Origin: Octopus sinensis
Lineage: Eukaryota
Length of the DNA stretch: 64,000 bases
Reading direction: 5' to 3'
Assembly: GCF_006345805.1 (NCBI RefSeq)
Contig: NC_043003.1
Coordinates: 30,070,001-30,134,000, forward strand
Shown: positions 38,881-51,367 of the stretch, one piece after another
How the letters are laid out: the number at the start of each line of letters is the position of its first letter
Numbering within the stretch: the first letter of the stretch is position 1
Position numbers and translations under genes: made by a program
Notes under the pieces: generated by a model
What the model saw: only the letters and a program-made list of their open reading frames with translations
What the model was told of the DNA's origin: nothing
Database searches by the model: none

Positions 38881-39442
38881 CACCATATATGGATGCTAAA
38901 TAATGCATTTTCATTTAACATTGTCTATTAACATACATATACGAATAGATGCCTCGTCAAAACACAAAACACTTTGGAAGAACAAAACATATCGGGACTC
39001 AGAACAAACTGATATGATTGAAAAGAGATTTAATGACAACAGACAAAAAACAAGATTTGTTATTAATTGTGACAATCTGTCACAAATGATACTTGAAAGT
39101 TACTATGCTTAATGTTTGGTAAATAGTTTCTGAAACTGAATGTCGTTAATATTTAAATTCAATCGAGTTTAAGCCTGAATGTAAATAACAACTGACTACC
39201 AATAGATCATAATATGGATTGTTACAACAGAGAGGCTTTTTGTACTAGAAATATTAAAATAATTAACAACTGACAAAGCATCAACTTAATGTTTTATCTG
39301 TCTCTCAGTATTTGGGGAGATAATCATATACAAGGAGATATGTAGAGATATAATATACTCACTATATGTTCAGTCAAGAAATTCCACTGATTTCACAGAA
39401 CCTTAGCGATAAACTTTAATGCAAACCTAATTCATCAAATCT

Positions 39443-39520
39443 TCAGCCGTGTTTTCGTAAAAAAAAGACTTTTTTTCTCATTATTTTGTGTTGTAACACC
39501 GAGTGATGGTCTGATCTGTG

Positions 39521-39555
<35 letters not shown>

Positions 39556-39675
39556 AGAGAGAGAGATGATATACTCAATTTATGTGCAGTCAACCAACTT
39601 TATTTTCACAAAATCTACGTGACATACTTTAATACCAACTTAATCCATCAAATCATCAGCCGCACTTTCGTAAAA
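39443..39675 (-). promoter_or_regulatory. duplicated conserved upstream motif of ZNF-5 (39443-39462 and 39656-39675)
   Basis: TTTTACGAAAACACGGCTGA and TTTTACGAAAGTGCGGCTGA, each with homologous flank. Confidence 0.6.
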
Positions 39676-41207
39676 AAAAAATAGATACATCTCTATTTTA
39701 AACTTTCTTCTATTTGCTTTTTATTTATTTATTTTTCTCTCTTCCCATTCTCTGTGTGTTATCTTCCTTTATTGGGAAATTGTACGTAAATTCTATTTTT
39801 GTATATTAGCTACATGAACGATGTTATCAAATGTTTTCTAAAATGAATGCACATACAAGAAAACAGAGCAAGTTGATCAATTCCTTGTGAGTGAATTTGA
39901 CAGATGATAACTGCGGAAGGCCATTGTATATGTGTGCCAGCCATTTAGGTTTGTTTATGCCCCTATAATCTAGCAGTTTTACACCGATAAAATACTAATT
40001 AGACTTGGAAAATAAGAACTGGGGGCAATTTGGTCAATTTAACCATTTAGGGCAGTACTCCATCATGGCCGTTGACAATCTGGTGTGTTTGTTTGCCAAC
40101 CCAGGCTTCGCTGCTCATCAAGCTGAGAAGAGTAAATTATCGACCACTCTCTGACTGATTTGTAGTCCAGCCTGTGGGTGTAGAACCTTCAGCCTACATA
40201 CCTGCTCTTGGAGCAGAGATGGCTATCTACAAATGCGAACCCTGTGAGTCGGAGTGGCTGTTCCAGTGTGTCACCCTCACCATCCTCCTGGGCAATACCT
40301 TTTCTATTTTGTCCACCAGGACCATGAGGCAGACTGACAAGTTTTATGTCTTATAAACATAGCAACAAAAATGACATTAAATAAAAACCAAGTTTATATA
40401 CAACTGTTTGTCTGGTTATCTATGACTGAGATGTACGCTATGACTGTACGCTAAATTCTTAGAATTCCTGAGCCTCCCTCCCAACCGGTTTGCCTCCCCT
40501 TACTAAAAGGGTGGTGTACGTGGATACTATTTCAAGTCCATATAAGGAAATATTATTGCATCATCATTTTTTAAAGAAATAAGATTAATCACCATGCAAT
40601 GACTAAGGAAGATAGTCTGATAAAGGGGCATATAAGCTCTTCACTGAAAAAAGACTTTCCCATCCGATATATATATATATCCTTCTGGTGCAAATGGTTT
40701 TTTATATGGCACTGTTTTTACAATCCTTTATATAATAATGGTATTTTTATATTGGCTTAAAGCTTATGGCGATCAGCGTGCAATGACTAAGGAAAATGGT
40801 CTAATAAGCTCTCAACAAAAAAAAAGAAAGCTTTCCTATCTGCTGCTTTGGCATGGTTTCTATGTCAACCATTTTACAAAGTGTACAGGAGGCTTTTTAT
40901 GTGGCACCAGCACCAGTAGAGGCACCAAGTAACTTGCAAGATGAATACTTATTAACAGGGAGAAGGAGTGAAAGATTAGAGAATAATAGAAGGACAGAGA
41001 TAAGAGACTTACTATGAAGAAGAGATAGGGAGAAAGATAGAGACAGTCAGATTGAGAGAGAGGGAGAGATAGGGAGAAATAGATGGTGTTGAAGATACAT
41101 TGGGATCTACCTGTAAGTATAAGTGGTACAAAGGGGATAGAAAGGGATGCTCCATAAGAGTGTGAGAGGAGCAGCATGGAAGACAGATTTTAAATGATGA
41201 TGATGAT

Positions 41208-42088
41208 GTGCTGGGGCTAAATTTGACAGTTTGCATGAGAGGAAAAGAAAACATAATATTCTATCAAAAAAATAAAAGTACTTTAAAAAATAACAACTAG
41301 ATAACGGTTGGGAGGTGACAGTTTACTCAAAGTAGCCACCCTCAGTTTCTATCACAGCAGCCACAAGATGGTTCTGGAACATGGTGTACGCATTCTTCAG
41401 TGTCTCTGGGAAGATCTTCAAACACCTCCTTGATCTTAGCCACCAGTTCAGCTGTGGTATTGAAGGCAGAGCAGTTGGTGTCTTTCTCAACCATGCCCCA
41501 CACATAGTAATCCATGGGATTACAATTGGAGAATTAGGAGGCTAGAAGTTGGGGCTGATAAAGTCATAGAAATTCTCTGACAACCACTTCTGACTCTTTC
41601 TGGAGGTATAACAAAGAGCTGAATCTTGCTGCCACACACATGGACTTCCAGCAACAATCCTCTCAAGCAGGGATTGACCAGTTTCCAGCAGCTTCATATA
41701 ACCATCTGAAATGAGCCTAAAGCCCTGATCAAATATGTGGGTATGAATTCCAGTGTGCAGATGCAATTAGAACGTCTTCTGTGTCCCTTCTTGCTGGCCA
41801 TGGCTTTGTAGCCTCTGTTGCAGCTGTCCAGGTCTTACAACCTTTACAGAGCACTGAGCAGCAGTCATGATGTTGGCATTTTTGATACCTGCTGCAAATC
41901 ATTAAGATACATGTAACTCTTTTTCAATATTCAGATGGCTTCCAATCTCCCATGTCAGCTAACTTTTTCTTAACTACAACTTTAATCTTTATGCTTTCTA
42001 GTGATGTTGATTGTTCACAAATTCATTAAGTTGTTCTTGAAAAAAAAAAGTGACATAAAAAAATCATCAAATTTAGCTGAGTACCCTG
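41208..42088 (-). mobile_element. Tc1/mariner-superfamily (maT-like) defective transposon
   Basis: WQQDSALCYTS...F*PPNSPNCNPMDYYVWG catalytic motifs; TA|CAGGGTACTCAGCTAAATTTGA terminus, GCTAAATTTGA at the other end. Confidence 0.8.
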
Positions 42089-42688
42089 TATGTGTGTGTG
42101 TGTGTGTGTGTGAGCTTTTACTAATCAATGCCATACTGTACAAAATAACTAGTTTTATTTAAAGTAAAGCATTTATATCAAATCATCCTACTTCAAAATA
42201 CTTCTAATAGAAAGAAATGGTGAAATAGTTTTTATAGATTATTGCAACTTTAATTGAAAGACAGAAAAATACATTAATCACAAAATAGAACAGTTCATAG
42301 CATTAAAATGATGACAAATGTCTGTGTAAACAGAGTGGATATTAAAGTTAATAATTTAAAAATATATATTTTTGATCATTAATAATCTCATAAAGAGGTC
42401 TATAGGTTTATGTAAATTTCCTTTTATAAAACATTAAACTGCTTCATATTTACAATGTTTTAGCCAAATAAAGTCAAAATGACATGTAAGTCTATATTCA
42501 GTTCCATTGCCATGTTGTAGAACATTCTGGAAAGAAGTTTTTAAAAAGTATGTAGCTTATGTTTGTCAAAGACAAACATTGTTATGAAAACATAGTTTTT
42601 ATCCACTTTCTATAATGTTCCCAAAAAATTTCATTGCATTATGCCTCAGAAATTTGCTTGTGAATTCATGAAATTTTTCAAAATGATT

Positions 42689-43579
42689 CTATTCTTTTAC
42701 TGTTACTTGTCCATGGGCCTTTTTTTTATGATGTGTCAAACTCCTATTCTCAGAGTAAGTTTTACCACAAATATCACAATGATATGGTTTTACACCAGTG
42801 TGTACAGGTTTGTGACGGTTTAAATTCTGATTGTCAGCATATGATTTACCACAAATATCACAAATGTATGGTCTTTCACCTGTGTGACCACGTATATGAA
42901 GTGTTAAATGACCTCTCTGAGAGAAGGATTTACCACAGGTATCACAGCGAAATGGATTCTCACCTGTGTGAATACGTACATGTTGAGTTAGATGACCATT
43001 CTGTGAGAATGTTTTCCCACAGATATCACAGTGGTATGGCTTCTCACCTGTATGGACACGTACATGTTGAGTTAGATGACTATTGTCAGAAAACGTTTTA
43101 CCACAGATTTCACAGTGGTATGGATTGTCACCAGTGTGCACACGTATATGCTTAGTTAATGAACTATTGCCAGAAAATGTTTTACCACAAATATCACAAT
43201 GGTATGGCTTTTCCCCAGTGTGTACACGTATGTGTTGAGTTAAACCACTTCTGTCAGAGAAATTCTTTCCACAAATATCACAGTTGTATGGTTTCTCACC
43301 TGTGTGCATGCGTATGTGTCTAGTTAATCTATTACTGTCACAAAATTTTTTTCCACAGATATCACAGTGGTATGGATTATCACCAGCGTGCATGCGTACA
43401 TGTCTTGTCAATGCACTGTTACCAGAAAATGTTTTTCCACAAGTATCACAAGGGAATGACTTTTGTCTTATGTGAACCTGTTTGTGTCGAGTCAAACTAT
43501 TACAGACAGAGAATGTTTTCCCACATATATCACAGTGATATGGTTTCTCACCTGTGCGAGTAAGTTTGTGATTAGTCAT
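42689..43579 (-). CDS. C2H2 zinc-finger protein ZNF-6 (296 aa, 10 fingers)
   Basis: Intact ORF starting at MTNH. Confidence 0.9.
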   Translation of the reverse strand: MTNHKLTRTGEKPYHCDICGKTFSVCNSLTRHKQVHIRQKSFPCDTCGKTFSGNSALTRHVRMHAGDNPYHCDICGKKFCDSNRLTRHIRMHTGEKPYNCDICGKNFSDRSGLTQHIRVHTGEKPYHCDICGKTFSGNSSLTKHIRVHTGDNPYHCEICGKTFSDNSHLTQHVRVHTGEKPYHCDICGKTFSQNGHLTQHVRIHTGENPFRCDTCGKSFSQRGHLTLHIRGHTGERPYICDICGKSYADNQNLNRHKPVHTGVKPYHCDICGKTYSENRSLTHHKKKAHGQVTVKE

Positions 43580-44200
43580 TTTACCTCCTTCAGAAAATAT
43601 TTGCTTTCAACGGTATTAATGTATTTGTGTCTATTCAAATTATAAGTGAGAAAATGTTTCTGCATACCATGCTGATAATTCTTCTCCTAAATATATATAT
43701 ATATATATGTGTGTATGTATATGTGTGTGTGTGTACAGTTAATTTATCATTCTGCAAGAAACTTTTCTCATAGATTTCAGTGATATGATTTCTCACCTGA
43801 ATGAATATATTTGGATTTAGTCAAATACCTTACTGTGTGATTGTTCTACCATAGATATCACAGTAGTTTAGCTTTTCACCAGTATGAACATATTTATGCT
43901 TGATCAAATTATTGTTGTCAGAGAAAATTTTGGCAAGATTATGCATTGGCAAGCTTTGTATTTCTGAACATTTTTACAGAGACAGCTGTTTTTAGCAACT
44001 GATGTACTGTGAATCCTAATAGGTTTGAGTTGGCATGAAGTGTTCTATTGTGAATTAGAAAAATTTTAATCTGGTATGAAGTAATTTTTGTTTAAATAAG
44101 GCATTAGATGATGTGAATACTTTCTTCCTGATGTTTTTGTGATGTGATTTATTCTGTACACCTACACATAACAGATTCTGTTTGTTACCATGCTTCATGT
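43580..44200 (-). pseudogene. decayed leader and fingers 1-5 upstream of ZNF-6 (microsatellite at 43690-43735)
   Basis: Colinear with the ZNF-2/3 N-terminal half; CAG TAA at 43830-43832. Confidence 0.75.
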
Positions 44201-44302
44201 CTCAGTTGTAATATGTTTACAGTCTTAAATTAAATTTCAAAGTCACTTATTTGAGGTTATAAAGAACAGCCACTTGTGTACTTCATAATGTATATCTTGT
44301 CT

Positions 44303-44410
44303 TCAAAACCTGACAGATTTCTTTAAATAAAAGGAATCTATCATTACCATTTCAATGTCACCAGAAAACCTGAAATAAAAAATATAAGGTATAAAAGGAC
44401 AATGAAAAGC
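44303..44410 (-). promoter_or_regulatory. ZNF-6 splice acceptor (exon starts 44369) plus 15-aa uORF 44350-44303
   Basis: TTTATTTCAG|GTTTTCTGGTGACATTGAAATGG; uORF MVMIDSFYLKKSVRF*. Confidence 0.65.
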
Positions 44411-45130
44411 TAAGATGGAGGTTATTAGAGAAATGGGGCTTGACTAGATTGAATGATAGAATAATAAGGAAAGAGAAGACATGCAATAAATCATCTAAAT
44501 TTCTGATCAAAAACTAGTCAGCTATTTTAAGGAGACTTGTTTCTTTTCAGCAATAACACAATCAACACTGATAGAAATATCGACCATTTGATTACTTGTA
44601 TATCCATACATTGTCAATGTGAATGGATAGTTGATCTTCAAATTGAAATAGTTTTATTGATTTACTGATTGTTACATATATCTATGCAATAACGTAATTG
44701 TAAGGTCTGGATGCTGAACAAATTTAATTGGTTTCTTTTATTCCCCACCACTCCCAACAAAATATGTTAAAAGTTATTTTGAAAAGCAAAGCTATTGCAA
44801 CATTTCGTCGTCATTATTATGTCCCTTTAATCAACGAACTTTACAATGAAGTCCGAGAACAGTTTCTGATTTCACTATTAACTTTTATTACAATGACTAC
44901 GGAACACCGCTTGAGACTGAAATTGATAGAAAGTACTACAGGAGACATTGGACCTTTGATGTTATAAAGAGGAGTGGTGGTCATGGAAATGTTGAATGGT
45001 GAAGGTGAGAAACATTAGAAGACATTATCAATATAGGGACAGAAAGATGAAAAACCTCTGATGGAATATATGATACAGGTTGTGATGTGTACAATAATAA
45101 AAATGTTGACGAAAATAAAAGGCATATTTA

Positions 45131-45805
45131 CATAAGTGTGCCCCGCGCCTCTGACTTTGTTTCCTCATAACTTTCTAAACAATATCTATTTTTCAATATG
45201 TTCTACAAATATGTTTCAGATGGTATAGATTACGATTATATTAGAATATGTTGCGAATTTTTTTCGGGGGTTATTAGAAGAGTTTCAGATAATTTACATG
45301 TCCTGACTTTTGTTTCCTCATACGTTTTGATGATGATTACAAATATGTTGAAAAAAAAACACTTTTGAGGAGTATTCTACTCTTTCCCTTCTGGAATATG
45401 TTGAATGAACATTAAAAAAAAAATGAAAATGTCAAGACCTATAGCATACTAAATAGCCTTACCAATAAATTTACCTCTGATAATTTTGCTTTTCCAAATT
45501 ATGACGGTATTTCTGGAAATTTTCATTTTATTAGAAAATATTCATTTAGTGAACTCCAGAAGGGAAAGGGAAAGAAATTGTCAGCTACATTATCATATTT
45601 TTAAAACATAGTTGGAATATACATCATCAGAACGTATGAGGAAACAAAGTCAGGACGTGTGAAATATCTGCTACCCCAATCAGTTTTTCTTATCTCACAT
45701 TAAATTCCGATATAATCGTAGTATAAACCATATGAAAGGTATTTGCGCAGTTTCATTAAAAATATATAAATTTTTCAAAATGTTATGAGGAAGGCCTCAC
45801 TTGTG
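45131..45805. mobile_element. foldback-type non-autonomous DNA element (CAC-ended, Transib/Chapaev-like)
   Basis: Long imperfect inverted arms, e.g. TCCTGACTTTGTTTCCTCATACG (45301) vs CGTATGAGGAAACAAAGTCAGGA (about 45633); no TSD found. Confidence 0.6.
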
Positions 45806-46477
45806 CAGCTATGCCCAACAAATATATTTCGGTAGATGCTAAAAAGCGGTATGAAGGGAACATGGGTCCTGCGAGTCTTTATATATTATACTCAGGAGTT
45901 TTACAACAGAACCAATTAAAAATACACATATTCAGCAAATACATGAGATTGCTAAAATTTACAAAATATAATTACATATTAGTTTATTTATTCATACATT
46001 TATTTTCTATATCAAGTTTATTAAATGCGTCTGATTAGAGATTTGAAAATTACGAATGGAGCAAACATTACTTATTTTTAACAATATTTATGTAAATATT
46101 TAACAATATGATGTCTAGCATGTTTGCACTGCTCTTCGAGGATTTTATATTTCATTAAAGTGGATTGTAAATAAACACATGGAACACGAGATAAACCTAA
46201 ACTTCTCTGAATGTTCAAAATATATCAAGGCTCTCTACAAACTGATTTTATTAAAATAAGATTCTCAAGAGAGAACACTGTGACAATTAATAAACAAATA
46301 GCTATCGTATATTTAGTTCAACTTACTGATATCATTCATTCTGTATTTTCCCACAATTTGATGTCATAATATAAAAAGGAGAACAGATCTGTGAGTATTT
46401 ACACTGATATATATCTTCAATAAATAAACTTGGTTGATAACATAAAACTTAGTTATATACTTTAATAAGATAAATCC

Positions 46478-47280
46478 AGGTAGAATGCATCAGAATATAC
46501 AAGCATAGCCAGGAAAAGAAAAAAAACAACGAAGAGGAGTTGAGAGAATTTCATTACATTGTGAGGAAGAAACAAAAAATAATTCATCAAATTCGTCAAA
46601 AACAGAAGAGAGAGAACAGAAAAGGAGAATAGTATTAAGTCATCTTATGAAATTGAAGCAGAATAACAAATTGCAGAACGGAAGTGTGGAGAACACTGTT
46701 TTGCACCCTAAAGAGCGAAAAGCCGAGGAAGATAAGCAACTGACTGACTATAAAGATTAAGGAAATGTGTGTGTATGTTGAGTGTGGTGTCCTGAAGTGT
46801 GGAGGGTGTGAATAGAGCATAAAGAGAGGGCTAGATGTAATGTGTGTGAAGATGTGGACGTGCTCGTGCTGGAGTTTATTAGTGTATACAGGGGGAGGTT
46901 GCGAAGAGAAAGGTATGGAGGAATGCGCTGTAATAACGGTCGCTGTTTGTGATTCCCAATTTCAGGCGACAACCCTCCAACTCCTGGCTCTGTTTAGTAG
47001 TTGCTAGTGAGGGTTTTACGAAGTCGGAGTGCAAATCAGCAACTTCTTTAAGTCCGTCTTTTACGACACGCAGAGGAAATGTTGGATCTATTCTTTGACA
47101 TGATGGTCTCCACTCAGCATGAGATGATAGTAACTTGATAATTAATCTCAGCCTCGATTAGTATGTGTTTAAATTGAGAATGAATTGCTATTACCAATGC
47201 AAATGAGAGACAGGAGTTCTGTTTTGTAGCATAATGTCACAAAATGAGAGATACAGGCCGGTGTGCCCTGGAGAATTAAA
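46478..47280. other. unclassified insertion at the expected ZNF-6 upstream-motif position
   Basis: Homology to the paralogous upstream block stops at about 46478; sequence is GC-richer and pyrimidine-rich on the minus strand. Confidence 0.4.
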
Positions 47281-47289
47281 GTAGCAGAC

Positions 47290-47853
47290 TATAATATAAT
47301 AATGAAATTATTGTATACAGTGCTCAGGTGCACCACAACTTGTCAGAAAGTGCGTATAGAGTATATGCAGTAATGTACAAATGTCTGGAAAGCGAACAAT
47401 GTAAGAATCAGATACATGCTTGTATGTGTATGGAGGGGAGAAAATCAGGTGTAGTGTTGGCGAATCTCAGAAAGCATGGAAGTTTTGAAGGATGCAGTGC
47501 TCCGACAACTAACAACTGATGCCGGCAGTTTGTTCCATGCAACTCTCAGTGTGAAAAAATGTTTCCTAAAGTCATGGGAGCTGTGCTGTTTTCTGACTTT
47601 GTAAATATGTCCACGGGTGTTAGACGGGTGGAGTTTGAAAAGGTGCTCAGAATTATTGTTTGTAAGATGGTTGATAATTTTATGGGTGTCTGCCAAGTCA
47701 GCTGCCAGACGTCGGAGTTTCAATGTGTCCATGCCCAGGGAAGTAAAGCGTTCAGAATATGGCAAATGCCTGATGGAAGGTATTCTTTTGGTTGCACGTT
47801 GCTGAACAGCTTCCATACGATTGATATCCTGGGCAAGATAGGGGTTCCAGACC
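47290..47853 (-). mobile_element. 5'-truncated CR1 LINE, same family as 29011-32103
   Basis: VQQRATKRIPSIRHLPYSER...FRKHFFTLRV; shared 3' end GTGCACCTGAGCACTGTA. Confidence 0.92.
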
Positions 47854-47889
47854 GGCGATGCCTCAGTGATCTGGTTTTGTGTTGGACGC

Positions 47890-49080
47890 CCAAGAAGTAT
47901 TCTGTAAATTATATTGAAGAGACTTCCTTTTGTACCCCCTCCTACTTTTTTTATTCATAGAAACCCCCGTTTTCAGGTACGGAGATTACGAATCTGGAAA
48001 AAAAATTGGCAAAAATCGGCATTTCAAAATTTCAATCACCCCACCCTTTCACTTCATTTTTTACTTTTGATAAAACATCATTTTCTCTTGGTTTTATTGA
48101 GAAAATTCTATAGTTTGTAAGATATTTCATCAGAAATTTCGAGCATTTCGGCAATTTTAACCAATCGATTACCTCCATTGAGCTAAAATCATTTGCTGCA
48201 TCTAAAACAGAGACAACATCCTGTCACTATGACTTAAAACGGTTAGACTCAACAGAAAATCATCCGGTAATTACCATTTGAATGGAAATGTTGTTTTTGC
48301 TATAAAACACATATTGCTAGGTTTGTACCACCCCCTTGAGACCCAACTACATTCTAGCTGAAAAATATAGAATATCTCATGAGTAATATAAACGTCCTAA
48401 ATTCAGATGTTACATGTTAATTTAAAGTCTTAAACTTATCTTTATTAACATGTCTTGAATTATACATAGATATACACAAGATTTACACAGATATAAGAGT
48501 TAGAACTTGTGATCTACCTGCGGACCTTTTTCTTTGGAAATTTTTGCCTGCCACACTAAAAAATTTCCCGTATAAGCTTAGTTGGGGTAAGAATAATGTT
48601 TTACAGTATAAAAAACATGCCAACTTTAAGAAGTTATTGGTGAACGACATGAAGAACCGGTATACATTCATCCATGTCATCAGGAACATGGGTATAGTCT
48701 TGCAGCCTCCAAAAGAAACTTATGAAGTCGCTGGGTTGGCGATGAGATGGCCCGTATGAAAAGTAACCGAGCAACATGTTTCAAGTACCTAGCTCTCATT
48801 CAGGGTCGAACAATACACTTTTTCAGACTTCCCTATAAATGCTCAGTATTTTGAGTGTGAATTGAAAGGTATTTATATAAAATTTCAGTAAATGATATGG
48901 ATCTTTACCTTTTGACCAACAGATTTTAAGAAATAATTTGTTTTTAACTAAACACTTTCAAACTTTGGACGCTGGTAGAATGTGTCATATAAAATATCTT
49001 TTACTCTTAGCATTTTTGAGAAAAACTTATATTTAGGAAGTTATTTCACGTGAAAGGTAATTTCCATGTTGATATTTGCT
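47890..49080. mobile_element. DNA-transposon remnants related to the 12109-12402 MITE
   Basis: GAGCTAAAATCATTTGCTGCATCTAAAAC (48180) and GGATCTTTACCTTTTGA...TAACTAAACACTTT (48899) match that element. Confidence 0.5.
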
Positions 49081-49184
49081 TATCACTTAAGCTGCCTTTT
49101 TATTTTAGTTTATCACATGACATTAAAACAAAAGTTTCTCATCCAAGATACATAAGTCAGTGTATGAAATTTTATGAAGAATCG

Positions 49185-49541
49185 ATCAACATCAATGGAA
49201 ATTGCAGCTGTGATACCAGTGCCGGTGGTACGTAAGAGAACCATCCAAACGTGGCCGTTGCCAGCGCCGCCCCGTCTGGCCTCGTGCCGGTGGCACGTAA
49301 AAAGCACCATCCGATCGTGGCCGTTTGTCAGCCTCGTCTGGCACCTTTGCCGGTGGCACATGAAAAGCACCCACTACACTCATGGAGTGGTTGGCGTTAG
49401 GAAGGGCATCCAGCCATAGAAACATTGCCAGATCAGACTGGTTCTGGTGCAGCCTTCTGGCTTCCCAGACTCCAGTTGAACCGTCCAACCCATGCTAGCA
49501 TGAAAAGCGGGCGCTAAATGATGAGGATGGTGATGATGATA
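49185..49541 (+). mobile_element. SINE-like element with (GAT)n tail
   Basis: Close copy of 23650-23975. Confidence 0.8.
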
Positions 49542-51178
49542 TTATCAGGAATAACATCGTTCATCTAACTGTAATTCGATTACGGGAAAATATTTAATTT
49601 AATTTATAATTGTTAACAATACACATGTATCGTCCTTTGATGGATTAAATAATAGAAATAGTTGAAATATCAGAATGTTAGAATAAGATTTTGTCATCTT
49701 AGAAGTATGATAGGCATGACGATTATATTTTTTTTCTTTTTAGTTTGGAGTGGGAGCAGAACTCATTATATTTTCAGACTACCCTAGATTGTTGAGGTTT
49801 AGTTTGAGATTTGGCAGTTGATTCAAGTAAGAAAAATGTGGAGAGACTTGGGAGAAATAGATAGAACAGAATGCTCAATGTTTTGGGTGGATGAAATGGT
49901 GTAGGAGGGGAAAGTGCTACATATTTTACAAAATATAGAGATATATTCAAACATAAACTGTCTTGTAACTATTATTCAACAACTAGCTGCTACACCAATA
50001 TTTTCTTCTCTCTCCACTTTACACACCTTTATCCTTTGCACAAGAGTTGATGGTGATGATGATGAGACTGCCTTTTCAAAGGCACCTTCCCGTACTCTGA
50101 TACACCAAGTATTTAAACATCAACCAATTTTCATGATTTAAACATTTTAGTTGTTTTACTGATCACCTCTACATTGACCACCACAACTAGTCCCTCGATT
50201 CTACTACAGCTATAGTTAACCTAATTCATTCGCACTCTACATTCAGCAGCACCATTTTAAATACACTTTTCCTCCAATGACATTGTAGTTCACATAAATA
50301 CATTCTTTTACAATTTTAAGCACTTCACTCATCATTCATTTGACATAAAATACAAACTGTCATTCCTTCTACCAGCAAGCTACATCTGACGTCTATCATC
50401 CAGCCTTGTCTCTATATATTCCTCTGTTACTTTCATTCTAATCCAACCAAAACTGTCACTTCTTTTAACAACCCTTATTTACTTCCCTATTTCATCATAA
50501 TATTTTAAATTGTTAATCTGGGGACCCTGCTCTAATTATAGAATAAGTAATTAGCTTGCAGCATTAGATCTGTTATCAATGTATAGTAGTCAGTCATTCT
50601 ATAATTTTCAATCTAAATACATGTTTCTAATTCTATTGAGAGACATTTTTCAACATCCATATTCCCCTTTTCCAAGTTATGGCTTTCTTCTCAATCAAAA
50701 ATAATTTTTTTTCAATTATTTTACATTTTGAATGCAATAACTTGAAAGAGTGTGTATTGTAATTAAAATTGGGCTTTTACATTATTGGTTTGGTCTGGAG
50801 GTAAACACTACGTATACGGCTTCTGCAGGCTCTTAGAGACTGGTGAAATTGACATTGTTAACATGTCAACATTGAACAGTAGTGAAAAAATGAGCAGGAA
50901 AGAAAGATCTACTCATACTGGGTGGAATATTAGGTCGCTCTTGAGTGCTACTGGTAACATGTAATCCAGTACAACCTCTTGCAAGGTCGGGTCGTTGGTG
51001 ACTAAACTGGCAACCCCACCAGGCTTGCTTGGTGAGGAGGGTGTTGTTGGACACTCTGCAGGATGAAAAATAAGACTTGTCAAAGGGCGGATGAACTCCT
51101 GAATAGTCAACAAGCATCCAACAAAATGTCTGTAAATATGTATATACCTTTTTTTTCATGTGTATATGTATATTTTTA

Positions 51179-51212
<34 letters not shown>

Positions 51213-51367
51213 TATTTTATGTCTTTTAAGTGCATATCTTTTACTTTTCTTTATACAATATTATTTATATGTAATTCTTATTCACACATAGCACCTTTTT
51301 TAATTTTTTATTTGTATTTTTTTTATATGTATATATATATATATATATTTACTTATATATATATACT

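Noticed and set aside
44728-44967. FRRHYYVPLINELYNEVREQF resembling hAT transposase; similar faint hints at 9560-9900 and 13900-14500
   Set aside because: Too short and degenerate to call without a profile search
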